A stretch of 64,000 bases of DNA, taken from Rhodanobacter sp. Lineage in GTDB: Bacteria > Pseudomonadota > Gammaproteobacteria > Xanthomonadales > Rhodanobacteraceae. The number at the start of each line of letters is the position of its first letter. Position 1 is the stretch's first letter. The notes beneath the pieces were generated by a model. That model searched no databases and had not been told where the DNA came from. It saw only the letters and a program-made list of their open reading frames with translations. Location: assembly GCA_036398675.1 (NCBI GenBank), contig DASWOQ010000082.1, positions 20,747 to 84,746 on the forward strand, given 5' to 3'. Position numbers and translations under genes: made by a program. Positions 9,871-20,020 of this stretch are shown here, in pieces.

Positions 9871-11178
9871 TCAAACGGCGTGATAGCCCGCGTCGAGTTC
9901 TCTCTTCAATTGCCCGTGGTCGACGGCTTTCTCCCATTTGCCGACCACGATTGTCGCAACACAATTTCCGGCGATATTGGTGAACACGAAAAACGCCGAC
10001 AGCACGCGGTGAATACCCAGGATCAGGTAGATGCTGCCCACCGGGATGGTCTTGGTCGCCGCCAGCGTCATGGTCAGCACGGCGATGGCCGAACCGGACA
10101 CCCCGGCGCCGCCTTTCGACGTCAGCAGGAGGATCGCCAGCAGTCCCAACTGCTGCTCCCAACCCAGTGCCGTGCCCGTGGCCTGCGCCAGGAAAACCGC
10201 GACGGCGGCGAAGTACAGGCAGGTGCCGTCGTGGTTGAAGCTGTAGGCGGTGGGCAACACCATGCCCACCACGGATTCGTTGACGCCGAGCTTGGTCAGC
10301 TTGGCAGTGAGCTGCGGGAACACGCTTTCCGAGGAACTGGTGCCGAGCACCAGCACCAGTTCCTCGCGGATGTAGCGCATCAGCTTGAGCAGGTTGAAGC
10401 CGCCGTAGAGCGAGATCGGCGCCAGCACCAGTGCGAAGAACAGCACGCAGGTCAGCAGGAATTCGCCGATCAGCGCACCCAGCGGAATCAGCGAGGCGAG
10501 GCCGAACTGGGCAACGGTGAACGCGATCGAGCCGAACGCGGCGATCGGCGCGATCTTCATCACCATGCGGATGATCCAGAACAGCGTCTGCGACACGCTG
10601 TCGACGATGTTCAGTACCGGTTGCGCCTTGTCGCCCAGCGAGGCAAGCCCGCAGGCGAACAACACCGAGAACACCAATATCTGCAGGATCTCGCCTTGCG
10701 CGAATGCATCCACCGCCGACTTGGGCACCAGGTTCACCAGGAACGCACCGACGCCTTCGGGTTGCGCGGCGACCGCCTTGCCCGAGGCGACCGCCGCATG
10801 CAGCTTGGCCGGATCGACGTGCATGCCGATGCCCGGCTTGAGGATGTTGATGGTGACCAGGCCGATCACCAGCGCGATGCTGGTGACGATTTCGAAATAG
10901 ACCATCGCCTTGATCGCGATGCGGCCGACCTTGCCCAGGTCGCGCACGCTGGCGATGCCGTGCGTCACGGTGCAGAAGATGATCAGCCCCACCACCATCT
11001 GGATCAGCCGGATGAAGATGTCGCCCAGCGGCATCAGCGCCTTGCCGATGTTGGGTGCGAACGCGCCCACCGCCACGCCGAGCGCCATGCCCGCCAGCAC
11101 CTGGAACGTGAGATCCCGATAGAAGGGGCGGCGCTGTCGCTGCTCCGGCGGCGTATCGCTGGCGATCGACTTGCTCAT
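9871..11178 (-). CDS. dctA: C4-dicarboxylate/cation symporter (DctA family)
   Basis: GTSSSES, YSFNHDGT, SKGGAGVSG motifs of the DAACS family. Confidence 0.85.
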   Translation of the reverse strand: MSKSIASDTPPEQRQRRPFYRDLTFQVLAGMALGVAVGAFAPNIGKALMPLGDIFIRLIQMVVGLIIFCTVTHGIASVRDLGKVGRIAIKAMVYFEIVTSIALVIGLVTINILKPGIGMHVDPAKLHAAVASGKAVAAQPEGVGAFLVNLVPKSAVDAFAQGEILQILVFSVLFACGLASLGDKAQPVLNIVDSVSQTLFWIIRMVMKIAPIAAFGSIAFTVAQFGLASLIPLGALIGEFLLTCVLFFALVLAPISLYGGFNLLKLMRYIREELVLVLGTSSSESVFPQLTAKLTKLGVNESVVGMVLPTAYSFNHDGTCLYFAAVAVFLAQATGTALGWEQQLGLLAILLLTSKGGAGVSGSAIAVLTMTLAATKTIPVGSIYLILGIHRVLSAFFVFTNIAGNCVATIVVGKWEKAVDHGQLKRELDAGYHAV

Positions 11179-11254
11179 GACTGCAGCTTCCTCAAGATGG
11201 GTGGCGGTGGCGACGGATCGGCTTCGAGCCGACCCGGCACCTTGGCGTCCTGCT

Positions 11255-12157
11255 TCAATCGTGCAGTGCTCCAAGAATCTTCTCGGCAGGCCCGAAGACC
11301 TCGTCGATGCTGAGCCGGCGCGACAGCAGGCCCTGTTCCACGCAGGCGTCGATCACCCATTGGACCGGCTGGCGCAGTCGCTCGAATCCGAATACCGTCG
11401 TGCTCGGTCCTTCGCCCGGCGAATGCGCAAGGCCATCGGCTTCGATCAGCAGGCGGTAGGCCTCCTTCACCGCATCCGGATTGCGCGCGCAGATGTCGCT
11501 GCCGGCCACCACCATGTGGTTGATCGGCACGAAGCGATGCTGCTGCCACCATGCGAGATCCTTCGCGGCGGCATCCGGGATGACCGGAACGAACTCGTCG
11601 CCCTTCGGCAGGTCGTTGCCGAGGATGGCCGCGTCGATGTCGCCATCGCGCAGCATGTCCGGCAGGCTTTTCTCGCTGCTCATGTGTTCGACGAACGGCG
11701 GATCCCGGTATTGCTCGACGTGCGCGGGATCGTGGGTAAGCCAGTGCATGCTCTCGGTGGCGAGGCCGTAGTCCTCGACCAGGTGTGCACGGACCCACAT
11801 GCCGGTCGTCTGCGTATAGGAGCGCACGCCGATGCGCTTGCCGGCGAGGTCCTGTGGTGCGAGTACGCCACGCGGACGGTACGCGATGATGCAGCCGCGC
11901 TGGAACCGCGACGCCACCACGGCCGGCAACAGCACCACCGGACGCTTGGATTCGATGGCCTGCAGGCAGGTGACGATGGCCAGTTCGGACACGTCGTATG
12001 CTTGTTGCCGCACCATCGGCGCGAACGCCTTGTGCACCGGCGACACTTCGACGAAATCGAGTTTGACACGCGAGCTGGTCAGTTCGCCGCTCTTCAAGGG
12101 TGCCGATAGCGGTGAGGTTGCCAGTACCGTGCGCAAGGTTGCGAACGACTCAGTCAT
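11255..12157 (-). CDS. 4,5-dihydroxyphthalate decarboxylase-like protein (type 2 periplasmic-binding fold, no signal peptide)
   Basis: YDVSEL, DLAGKRIGVRSYTQTTGMWVR, PINHMVV resemble the OphC/Pht5 family; overlaps upstream gene end. Confidence 0.7.
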   Translation of the reverse strand: MTESFATLRTVLATSPLSAPLKSGELTSSRVKLDFVEVSPVHKAFAPMVRQQAYDVSELAIVTCLQAIESKRPVVLLPAVVASRFQRGCIIAYRPRGVLAPQDLAGKRIGVRSYTQTTGMWVRAHLVEDYGLATESMHWLTHDPAHVEQYRDPPFVEHMSSEKSLPDMLRDGDIDAAILGNDLPKGDEFVPVIPDAAAKDLAWWQQHRFVPINHMVVAGSDICARNPDAVKEAYRLLIEADGLAHSPGEGPSTTVFGFERLRQPVQWVIDACVEQGLLSRRLSIDEVFGPAEKILGALHD

Positions 12158-13013
12158 GGACGCGACCGGTCGAGAGTGCCGGGTAGATTCGTTCGGCGGT
12201 GCCGCCGAAGATCATCGCCTGCTCGGCATCGGGAAGACTGGCGAGTACGGTGCGCGCGGTTTCCAGCAGCGTGGACAGCGAACCTTCCGCCGCGGGGAAA
12301 TTCGAGCCCCAGGCGATGCGGTCCGCGCCGAACACGCTTACGATTTTCTCGAGAAAGGCCGCCGGCGTCGAACGGCCGGCGGTGGATGCGGCGAGCGTTC
12401 GGTTGGTGAGCTTGAGGTGCACGCCGGTGAATGCCGCCATGTCGAACAGCGCGGCGGCCGCGGCATACGGCGCGCCGTCGGCGAGTTCGGGCCGGGCGCA
12501 GTGATCGAGCAGCACGTGCACTTTCGGGAAACGTTCCAGCAGGGAGCGCAGCGCGGGCAGGCCTTCCATCGTCATCTGCAGGCAGACCGGAATGCCGAGT
12601 GCTTCGGCATGCGCCCAGGCAGGGTAGGAATCCTCGTGGCCGAGCCAGTCGGACTGGCCGGGCATGGTGCTGCCGGTGGTGAACAGGCGGAAACCCGACA
12701 GGCCCTCGGCCTGCCACCGGTCGATCTGCGCCACCGCATCCGCGGCCAGCGCATCGATCGAGTAGACACCGACGAAGCGATCCGGGTGCGCGCGCACGGC
12801 GTCCACCACGTAGCGGTTGTCGTGTCCATACACCGTGGACGCCTGCACCACCACCGATTTGGCGATGCCGGCTTCGTCTGTCGCGCGCAGCAGGCCGGCC
12901 ACATCCACCGGTCGATCGCGCGACCATTCGGACTGGTGCCCGCCGATGGGGTCGGTGGGGTAGCTGGCGGTATCCGCCGAGATGACGTGGGTGTGGGTGT
13001 CGATGATCTTCAT
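12150..13013 (-). CDS. Amidohydrolase family 2 protein (lactonase-like)
   Basis: IIDTHTH metal motif, VVVQAS, LLDHCARP, WGSNFP. Confidence 0.85.
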   Translation of the reverse strand: MKIIDTHTHVISADTASYPTDPIGGHQSEWSRDRPVDVAGLLRATDEAGIAKSVVVQASTVYGHDNRYVVDAVRAHPDRFVGVYSIDALAADAVAQIDRWQAEGLSGFRLFTTGSTMPGQSDWLGHEDSYPAWAHAEALGIPVCLQMTMEGLPALRSLLERFPKVHVLLDHCARPELADGAPYAAAAALFDMAAFTGVHLKLTNRTLAASTAGRSTPAAFLEKIVSVFGADRIAWGSNFPAAEGSLSTLLETARTVLASLPDAEQAMIFGGTAERIYPALSTGRVHD

Positions 13014-13096
13014 CGTGCTCTCAATATTCCGTACGGTATTTTGCGGGTGGCAGCGGGCAATGCCCGGCAATGATGGGCTCGCTCTGCTCGAATCGC

Positions 13097-13768
13097 CTAG
13101 ATGTACTGGAGTCCTTCGCGGGCCAGATCTTCGCGCATGCTGTAGATGTCCAGGCCCAGCTCGCCCTTGGCAAGACGTTCGCGCACGGCTTCCTCGCGGG
13201 CTTCGCGTGCCTTGGCTTTTTCGAGCACGGCTGCTGCATCTTCGCGGCGAACCACGCAGACGCCATCGTCGTCGGCAATCACGACGTCGCCGGGGCATAC
13301 ATGGGCATTGGCGCAGGTGATCGGCAGGTTCACCGATCCCAATGTCTTCTTCACCGTGCCCTGCGCGCTGATCGCCCTGGACCAGACCGGGAACTGCATC
13401 GCCGTCAGGTCGCGGATGTCGCGCACGCCGGCGTCGATGACCAGCCCGCGGCACCCGTGCGCCTGCGCCGAAGTGGCGAGCAGGTCGCCGAAGTAGCCGT
13501 CGTCGCACGGACTGGTCGGTGTGACGATCAGGATATCGCCTTCGCGCAACTGCTCGATGGCGACGTGCAGCATCCAGTTGTCGCCCGGCGGCACCGAAAC
13601 GGTCACGGCGGTGCCGGCGATGCGCGCTCCGGCATAGATGGGCCGGAGGTGGTTCGCAAACAGCCCGCTGCGACCTTGCGCCTCGTGAACAGTGGCCACG
13701 CCGAGGCGTGCCAGACCATCCACGATGGCGTGGCTGACCCTTTCGACTTTGGTATTGACTGCAGACAT
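13097..13768 (-). CDS. galC: 4-carboxy-4-hydroxy-2-oxoadipate aldolase (GalC/LigK)
   Basis: [42 protein letters not shown] LigK signature. Confidence 0.93.
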   Translation of the reverse strand: MSAVNTKVERVSHAIVDGLARLGVATVHEAQGRSGLFANHLRPIYAGARIAGTAVTVSVPPGDNWMLHVAIEQLREGDILIVTPTSPCDDGYFGDLLATSAQAHGCRGLVIDAGVRDIRDLTAMQFPVWSRAISAQGTVKKTLGSVNLPITCANAHVCPGDVVIADDDGVCVVRREDAAAVLEKAKAREAREEAVRERLAKGELGLDIYSMREDLAREGLQYI

Positions 13769-13845
13769 GCCTGGAACCTTGTTCGGATGGCGCCGAAATG
13801 TGACCTTTGTATGGCGCTTTGCCAAATTCAAATTATGATCACCCC

Positions 13846-13860
13846 ATAAGCAAAGGTTAT
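13846..13860. promoter_or_regulatory. LysR (GalR) recognition box
   Basis: ATAA-N7-TTAT (ataagcaaaggttat), T-N11-A type, in the divergent galC/galR intergenic region. Confidence 0.65.
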
Positions 13861-13869
13861 TGATTGCGC

Positions 13870-15096
13870 ATGAGTGAGATATTTGTACTGAATTTGCGGC
13901 ACCTGGATGCGCTGAGTGTGATTGGCCGCGCGGGCAGCATGAGCGCTGCCGCGCACGAGGTGAATCTTTCGCAGCCTGCGCTTGCGCAGGCGATCGGGAA
14001 AATCGAGCGTATTCTCGGCGAACGGCTGTTCGAGCGGCAGCCCGGCGGCATGACGCCGACCGCGGCCGGCCGCATCATGATCATCCGCGTCGAGCGCGCG
14101 TTGCGCTATCTGGTGCAGGGCGTGCGGCTGGTCCGGCGATCCGCGCGGCTGGCGCCCATCACCCACATCGAGCGGCGCGTGAGCATGGGGCAGTTGCGTG
14201 CGTTGATCGCGGTGGAAAGCACCAGCAGCTATGCGCTGGCGGCCGAACGCACCGGCCTGTCGCAACCCGCCGTGCATCGCGCCGTGCGCGAATTGCAGGA
14301 ATTTCTCGGCCTCGCCCTGTTGGTGCGTGTGGGACGCGCGGTGCGTCCCACCGACGTTGCCAGCCGCTTCGTGCGCTTCGCACGACTGATGTTCTCCGAA
14401 TTGCGCGCCGGCATGGATGAGATCGGCGCGCTCGGCGAAGGCGGCGATGGTGGCCGCATCATCCTGGGCACCTTGCCGATGGCGCGCGCGATGTTCCTGC
14501 CCGAACTGCTGTCGCGATTCACCGCGGCCCATCCGGCGGCATCGGTGGAAGTGGTCGAGGCGCCTTATGTCGAGCTGCTGGCGACGCTGCGCCATGGCGA
14601 CATCGACTTGCTGATCGGTGCGCAGCGCGATCCGTCGCCCGCGAACGACGTGGTGCAGGAGGGCTTGTTCGACGACGAGCCGGTCATCGTGGGTCGCTCG
14701 GCGCATCCCCTGCGCGGCAAGCGGCAGCTCGCACTGGCCGATCTGCTGCGGTTTCCCTGGGTCATTCCGTCGCGCGGCGTACCCATGCGCGCGAACTGGG
14801 AGCGCATGTTCCGCGACCAAGGCGCGGAGCCGCCCAGGCTGCGCATCGAATGCGGCTCCGTGCTGATCATGCGCGGACTCATGCTCAAGGGCGACTGGCT
14901 GACGCTGATGTCGCGCGACCAGTTCCTGTTCGAGCGCCAGGTGGACGAGCTTGCCGAAATCGGTGCGCCGGGACGGGTGTTGCGCCGACGCATCGCGCTA
15001 ACCCGGCGAAGCGACTGGCGCCCGACGCCGCTGCAGGCGGATTTCGTCGGGCTGGCGCGAGTCCTCGCCCGTGAACGAGGGCAGGGCATCCAGTAG
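13870..15096 (+). CDS. galR: GalR-type LysR regulator with duplicated HTH
   Basis: About 408 aa, two HTH motifs ([11 protein letters not shown] and [11 protein letters not shown]), divergent from galC. Confidence 0.85.
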   Translation: MSEIFVLNLRHLDALSVIGRAGSMSAAAHEVNLSQPALAQAIGKIERILGERLFERQPGGMTPTAAGRIMIIRVERALRYLVQGVRLVRRSARLAPITHIERRVSMGQLRALIAVESTSSYALAAERTGLSQPAVHRAVRELQEFLGLALLVRVGRAVRPTDVASRFVRFARLMFSELRAGMDEIGALGEGGDGGRIILGTLPMARAMFLPELLSRFTAAHPAASVEVVEAPYVELLATLRHGDIDLLIGAQRDPSPANDVVQEGLFDDEPVIVGRSAHPLRGKRQLALADLLRFPWVIPSRGVPMRANWERMFRDQGAEPPRLRIECGSVLIMRGLMLKGDWLTLMSRDQFLFERQVDELAEIGAPGRVLRRRIALTRRSDWRPTPLQADFVGLARVLARERGQGIQ

Positions 15097-15280
15097 TGTC
15101 GTCGGCACGAGGCCTGGAGCCAGAATCCGTATCGGTCGCTGCGGTCGAGCAATGGCGCGTCATGGCCCGGATGTCCGAACGCCACTGAACGGCAATCGCA
15201 TCCCATCGCGTGGCGAACCACGCCATGCCAGGATGCCCCCACCGGTTGCTGCCTGCCGCGTTTGCGGGCATGGTGTGTGG

Positions 15281-16108
15281 ATGACTACCGATATAGACGT
15301 CCATTCTGCAGCCGATGCCGCGTTGCTGGAAATCGACCGGGCCAGCGTGATGCAGGGCGATCGGCTGGTGCTTGACCGATTGAGCCTGCGCATCGCGGCG
15401 GGCGAGAATACCGCCATCCTCGGGCCGAACGGCTCGGGCAAGTCGACGCTGGTGAAGCTGATCGCGCGGCAGCTCTATCCGCTGGCGTCCGGTGAAGCCC
15501 CAGGTACGGTGCGCATTTTCGGACGCGAGCGCTGGGCCGTCGCCGAACTGCGCAGCCTGCTCGGCATCGTGTCGCCGGCGGTGCAACTGGACTACACCAG
15601 CGACACGCCGGTGGAGGTGCTCGACGCGGTGGTGTCGGGCTTCTTCGCTGCGCGCGGTGTTGCCCGACATCATCATGTCACCGCGCCCATGCACAAACGC
15701 GCGCACGAGGTGCTGGAGCAGGTCGGTGCCGCCCATCTGGCCGGGCGCATGATGGCCAGCTTGTCCACCGGCGAGGCGCGCCGCGTGCTCATCGCGCGCG
15801 CACTGGTCCATCGTCCGCGCGCATTGCTGCTGGACGAGCCATGCGCCGGTCTGGATATGGCCAGCCGCAGGCATTTCATGGAAAGCCTGCGCACCCTGGC
15901 GGCCGGCGGCACCACCCTGGTGCTGGTCACTCATCACGTCGAGGAGATCGTGCCGGAGATCGACCACATCGTGCTGCTGCGCGACGGTCAGGTTCTGCAA
16001 AAGGGCAGCAAGCCCGAGACCCTCACCGATGTGGCGCTTACGTCCACCTTCGGCATGCCGGTGAGCGTATCGCGGCACGGCGCGTATTACGCGGCGGCGC
16101 TGATCTAG
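15281..16108 (+). CDS. ABC-type ATP-binding protein (ModF-like), stand-alone
   Basis: GPNGSGKST Walker A, LSTGE signature, LLLDEP Walker B, VTHH. Confidence 0.88.
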   Translation: MTTDIDVHSAADAALLEIDRASVMQGDRLVLDRLSLRIAAGENTAILGPNGSGKSTLVKLIARQLYPLASGEAPGTVRIFGRERWAVAELRSLLGIVSPAVQLDYTSDTPVEVLDAVVSGFFAARGVARHHHVTAPMHKRAHEVLEQVGAAHLAGRMMASLSTGEARRVLIARALVHRPRALLLDEPCAGLDMASRRHFMESLRTLAAGGTTLVLVTHHVEEIVPEIDHIVLLRDGQVLQKGSKPETLTDVALTSTFGMPVSVSRHGAYYAAALI

Positions 16109-16122
16109 ACCGCCAAGGGAGT

Positions 16123-16143
16123 TCCCCCGGCTGTGCCGGGGGA
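16123..16143. terminator. Hairpin, likely terminator between convergent genes
   Basis: tcccccggc-tgt-gccggggga 9-bp stem. Confidence 0.55.
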
Positions 16144-16238
16144 TATTTACTTCACAGGGCAGGCCGGCGCATGCGTGGGACGTGCCGGCTTAGGCGTCGT
16201 CGATCAAGTGCCGGGCGGCCGGCACCGTATGCCCTGAT

Positions 16239-17444
16239 TCAGGCCTCGACATTGGCAAAGCAGCGGCAATGTTCGAGGTAGCCGCCTTCGTGTTCCCGTA
16301 CCAGCTCGACCACACTACGCCAGAGCCATGAGGGTGCATCGAGGGATTTCGAACGGTTGCGTTTCAATTCGTCCAGCCAGCGGACCCGTGCATCGTCATC
16401 CATCTGCCGCACATGGGCGCGGCCGACCACGTTGCCGAGGTAGCCGGCGACGTCCATCGCTTCGTTCTGGCTGAGCCGATCGATGTCCAGCTTCAGGTCC
16501 TGCGGCAGCAGTTCGCGCAGGAACACCGCCTTGCCCATGAACGAGTCGCTGCGCATGCGGCTGCCGAGGTTGGGCGACAACGCAGTGGCGCCCTGCACGA
16601 TGCGCTGCGCATTGCCGCGCGGCATCGCGACCTTGTTCGTACGTGGCGCGGCCGCTTTGGCCGCTTCCTTGATGTCGATGAGGCATAAGCTGCTTTCCGG
16701 ATCCTTCGAATCGCCCACGCGCAGCAGCACCGCGTAGCGCAACAATCCCAGCGAACTGCAGCCTTTCACCCAGAACGCGGCATCCAGCATCTCGACCTCG
16801 TCCTTGTCGCCACGGTGGCTCAGCGAGGTCACCAGCAAGCGCAGTTCCTCCGTCGACATCAGTGCCTTGAGCGCCTTGCGTTCGGCGCCGGAGATGGGCC
16901 AGAAATTCTTCGACAGCGGAATGTTCGGCTCGATGCCTTCAATGCGCTCGGCCGCCAGATGCTTCCACTTTCGCCGCATCGCCCGCTTCATCACCAACTG
17001 AACGGTTTCGGGCCGCTTGCGGATGGTCCGGGATTCCCCAGGCCTGGCGCTCAGTGCCTGTTCGTAACCCTGGATGAGCTGCTCCATCATCTTCGCAGTG
17101 ACCACGCCGGGCAGGTCCGATCCCCGAGCGGCCATCGCCAGCGACAGCCCGAGCCGGACCAGGTCATGCGCGGGGTTGCCCACCACGGTCTGGTCGAAGT
17201 CGCGAACCTGCACGTCGACATGGCCATCGGCGTCGGCCACCGGGCCTATGTTGCTGACGTGGCAATCGCCGCAGATCCATACGGGTGGCCCTTGGGGCAG
17301 CTGCTGATCCGCTGCTGCCAGCCATTCGTAGAACCGTGCCGTGCTACCGCGCACGAACGCGTGTGCCGAGCGGGCCATCTTCAGCTCGCGAAGTCCAGTG
17401 AGCAGTGCGGGTCGCTGTTGCGGGCTCGGGTATTTCTTCGGCAT
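16239..17444 (-). CDS. DUF2252 family protein (kinase-like fold)
   Basis: KMARSAHAFVRGS, WICGDCHVSNIG, RDFDQ, KGCSSLG motifs. Confidence 0.82.
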   Translation of the reverse strand: MPKKYPSPQQRPALLTGLRELKMARSAHAFVRGSTARFYEWLAAADQQLPQGPPVWICGDCHVSNIGPVADADGHVDVQVRDFDQTVVGNPAHDLVRLGLSLAMAARGSDLPGVVTAKMMEQLIQGYEQALSARPGESRTIRKRPETVQLVMKRAMRRKWKHLAAERIEGIEPNIPLSKNFWPISGAERKALKALMSTEELRLLVTSLSHRGDKDEVEMLDAAFWVKGCSSLGLLRYAVLLRVGDSKDPESSLCLIDIKEAAKAAAPRTNKVAMPRGNAQRIVQGATALSPNLGSRMRSDSFMGKAVFLRELLPQDLKLDIDRLSQNEAMDVAGYLGNVVGRAHVRQMDDDARVRWLDELKRNRSKSLDAPSWLWRSVVELVREHEGGYLEHCRCFANVEA

Positions 17445-17609
17445 GCGCATTCTCCGTGCGGGGCGAGGTGCCCGAGCGATGGCCGCCATTGCAGCGGACC
17501 TGTCGTGAACGTAGCGCAATAAGGGTGCCGTGACACCTCGTGCTGATCGCCGATCAGAAGGCCGCGCCATGCGCGGCCTTCCCCTCCGGACAAATGCGAA
17601 ACACCAGCC

Positions 17610-18230
17610 TCAGTGTTTGCCGAGGCCTTCGTCTGTCAGCACCTTCTGTACGTCGGCGTCGACCAGCATGCGTTCGACGAAGCGGGCCAGATGGTCGAAG
17701 CCCGAAAGGTCCACCTTCAAAGCGTGGGCCCAGCGCAGCACCACGAACAGGTAAGGGTCGGCGATCGAACGCGAGCCGGCGAGCCAGTCCTGGCCCTGCA
17801 ACTGCTGATCCATGCGGCCGAAATATCCACGCAATTTGGTGCGTGCGTTTTCCTTGGTGAGTTCCGCCGCCGCCGCGTCCAGAAAACCGGGAGTGCCGAA
17901 CAACGGATGAAACGTGGGATGCACGTCGGAGTTGAGGAACGACAGCCAGCGGTTGACCTCGGCGCGACCCTTCGGCGTGCCGTCGCCGCCCAGCCCGGCT
18001 TCCGGAAAGGTATCGGCAAGGTAGTTGAGGATGGCCACGTTCTGCGTCAGCGCCCAGCCATCGACCTCCAGCACCGGCACGGCGCCAGCGGGGTTGAGCT
18101 TGAGATATTCGGGCGATTTGATGTCTTCCCGTGACATCTTCTGCACGACGTACGGCTTGCCGATCCATTGCAGCACGATGTGATCGGACATGGCGCAGGT
18201 ACCCGGCGTGTAATACAGCTTGATGGTCAT
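17610..18230 (-). CDS. Glutathione S-transferase (beta class)
   Basis: KLYYTPGTCA, NPAGAVPVL, SIADPYLFV. Confidence 0.92.
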   Translation of the reverse strand: MTIKLYYTPGTCAMSDHIVLQWIGKPYVVQKMSREDIKSPEYLKLNPAGAVPVLEVDGWALTQNVAILNYLADTFPEAGLGGDGTPKGRAEVNRWLSFLNSDVHPTFHPLFGTPGFLDAAAAELTKENARTKLRGYFGRMDQQLQGQDWLAGSRSIADPYLFVVLRWAHALKVDLSGFDHLARFVERMLVDADVQKVLTDEGLGKH

Positions 18231-18329
18231 CACGTGATCCTTCTGGGGTGGGTAGACGGAAGAGGGCGGTCCCGGTCGCGCGAAGTATGACGGTATGTGC
18301 CGGAAAGACGCGCCGGGCGTTCGGGACGC

Positions 18330-19772
18330 TCAGGATGTTTCGGCGGGTTGGTCGTCGGGACCAACTGCCAGCGAGTGCTGCAGGTTCTGCAATGCCGGCA
18401 GCAGTTCCACCGGTTCGCGCAGGGACTTGCGGGCGGCGCCGACGGCCTTGCGCACGGCGCCCGGCGCTGCGCCAAGGTCGATCAGGGCGACCGCGGGTTC
18501 CCGGCAGGCCGCGAGCACATCCACCCAATCTGCCGGTTGCATCGCGCGAAAGCTTCGGGTCGCCAGGCGGCTTGCCCGAAACGCCGGAGCGACCAGTTGC
18601 ACCTGGTCGAGCGTGGCGACGAACTCGCTGGATCGGCGCGCCGGCGTGGCCGGGTCCAGCGCGTCCCCGAGGATTGCCAGCGCATCGGCGATGCGCCGGC
18701 GCAGCACGCCGGTCTAGCGCACCGGCAGCACGAACCATGCGGCGGCCACACCGATGATCGCGCCGATCACGATCTCCTCCAGACGCGGCCACAGGATGTG
18801 CTGTGCCGACGACCCTTCGAAGCCCTGCAGCAAGGCGAGTGCGAGCGTCACGAACAATGCCCACCACGCATAACCCAACGGACGCAGCCATGTGCCGACG
18901 AAGATCGCGGCGAGGATCAGCACGGTCGTGGTCACGTCATGCGACCCGATGTGCAGCGCAAACACCAGTGCCATGATCGTTCCGGCCGCAGCTCCCAGCA
19001 CGCGCAGCACGCTCTTGTACACGACATCCAGCCGGCCGCGGTTTCCGCTGTTGACGATGAAGGCGGTCAGCACGATCCACGCCCAGCGTTCGGCAAAAAA
19101 GACGTAGCCCACCGTGAAAGCCACGGTGAGCGCGACAGCCATCTGGACGGCCATGCGGGTGCTCGCGGCGATGTCCAGCACGCCGGTGTTTGCCGGCGCG
19201 GCAGGCAAGGCTTCTTTCTGCCGCACCGGTGGCAGCCAGCGCATGCGCCGCCCGAACGCGTGGAACACGGCCACCCACAGCAGGGCCAGCAAGGCGACGA
19301 TCACCGGCACCAGCAACCCCATCAGATGCCCCGCGTGTTTCGACGGGACATGCGGCATGGTGAGCAGCACGACGAGCGGCAGCGCGATCAGCGAACCCGC
19401 GCGGCGCGCCATGGGGCCGAACCGGCGCAGCCAGATCGACACGAACATGCCGGCGATGAAAACCGCGGCGCCGAGCCACGGCGCGCGATGCAGCAGTGCA
19501 CCCACGCCGACCGCGGCAAGTCCGACTACCGGCAATGCCACCGCCGCCTCCAGCCGGCCGCGCAGATCGCGATCGAGATGGCTGCGCGACAGCGAAAGGC
19601 ACAGCACCACCGCAAGCACCATCGGCCCCGGTTCCGGGTCGATCGCCATGGCACAGAACAGCGTGGCCAGCGCGGCAAGCATGGTCAGCACGGCTTCGCG
19701 CCATGCGCGGCCGACCCGGCCCATGGTCGACACGGCATCGCGATCTTGCAGGGTGAACGTGGCTGAATTCAT
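18330..19772 (-). pseudogene. FUSC-family membrane protein interrupted by an in-frame TAG at 18714-18716
   Basis: Multi-TM ORF ending WFVLPVR*TAG continues in the same frame as TGVLRRRIADAL... to 18330. Confidence 0.7.
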
Positions 19773-20020
19773 CGGCGTGCGTCGGAATCGCGAATGGATC
19801 ATTGCCGGTGGCCGCAAAGATCGGCCGTCCGAGGGAGGCAAGCATACCGGTGTTCCTCGCATGCCCATGCCCCGCGATCACTGGCGCGGCGTGCAGGGTC
19901 GGGCCGCCTCGGCGCAAGCGCGCTACGCTTTCCTCCACGCGATGTCGTAGCAAAGTGTCCGCGTGGTAAAACGGCGGGCCGGCCATTCTTTCCGGCTTTC
20001 ATTGCATGAGGTACGGCATC

